NCBI GenBank assembly: GCA_030264375.1
Contig: JASCQW010000122.1
Coordinates: 33,542,933-33,606,932 of the forward strand
DNA: 64,000 nt
Direction of reading: 5' to 3'
Origin: Carcharhinus longimanus
Taxonomy: Eukaryota
In this document: piece after piece, positions 63,714-64,000 of the stretch
Layout of the letters: each line of letters begins with the position of its first letter
Numbering within the stretch: the stretch's first letter is position 1
Made by a program: the position numbers and the translations under genes
The notes under the pieces: generated by a model
The model's input: only the letters and a program-made list of their open reading frames with translations
Told to the model about the DNA's origin: nothing
Database searches by the model: none

Positions 63714-64000
63714 AGAAAACCATTTTTAATAATTCAATCTGTAAAGTAATGAAGGTTTCAGCAGCAGGAATGAAAGATACAGATCTAGGCAAATAATATT
63801 CCAGAATTGGGAGAATACAGTCTTGGCAACTGATTGGGTGCAGGAAACAGATTTGCCTCAAGAGTTGAGAAGGACACTGAGGTCAGTAGTGCCTAATTCA
63901 GTCTGAGACCACAGTCAAGGAGGTTGATGGGGTAGATGCTGACAGGATTGGAAAAAGATAGCTTACACTTTGTTGATGTTGAGCAGAAGAAAATTTTAAT

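Larger units (their letters stand above)
62440..64000 (-). mobile_element. Old L2-clade LINE fragments (62440-62780 and 63790-64000) split by later insertions
   Basis: Purine-rich L2-like blocks including CAGTCTTGG..AGGACACTGAGG..TTCAGTCTGAGAC. Confidence 0.4.

Overview
AT-rich vertebrate genomic DNA from a gapped draft assembly (13 N-runs, several at repeats). The repeats point to a shark or other elasmobranch: HE1-type V-SINEs, CR1/HER1-like LINEs, Deu-domain SINEs, RTE, L2, Tx1-like LINEs and Penelope-like elements. All family names are recalled from consensus sequences, not from a database search. There is no intact protein-coding gene, rRNA, tRNA or CRISPR array. Every recognisable protein fragment is a decayed retroelement ORF. 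Repeat-dense blocks (about 0-11.8 kb, 28.6-38.4 kb, 42-44.5 kb, 60.7-64 kb) alternate with long repeat-poor islands that look like constrained intronic or 3' gene territory. The main unexplained signal is a series of minus-strand splice acceptors in these islands. Each opens a short phase-1 ORF ending in a stop, some with a nearby AATAAA, and two frame-preserving microexon candidates lie among them. This may be an array of alternative last exons of an unidentified gene. It is a hypothesis: the plus strand shows some similar patterns, and transposon orientation would favour a plus-strand host.
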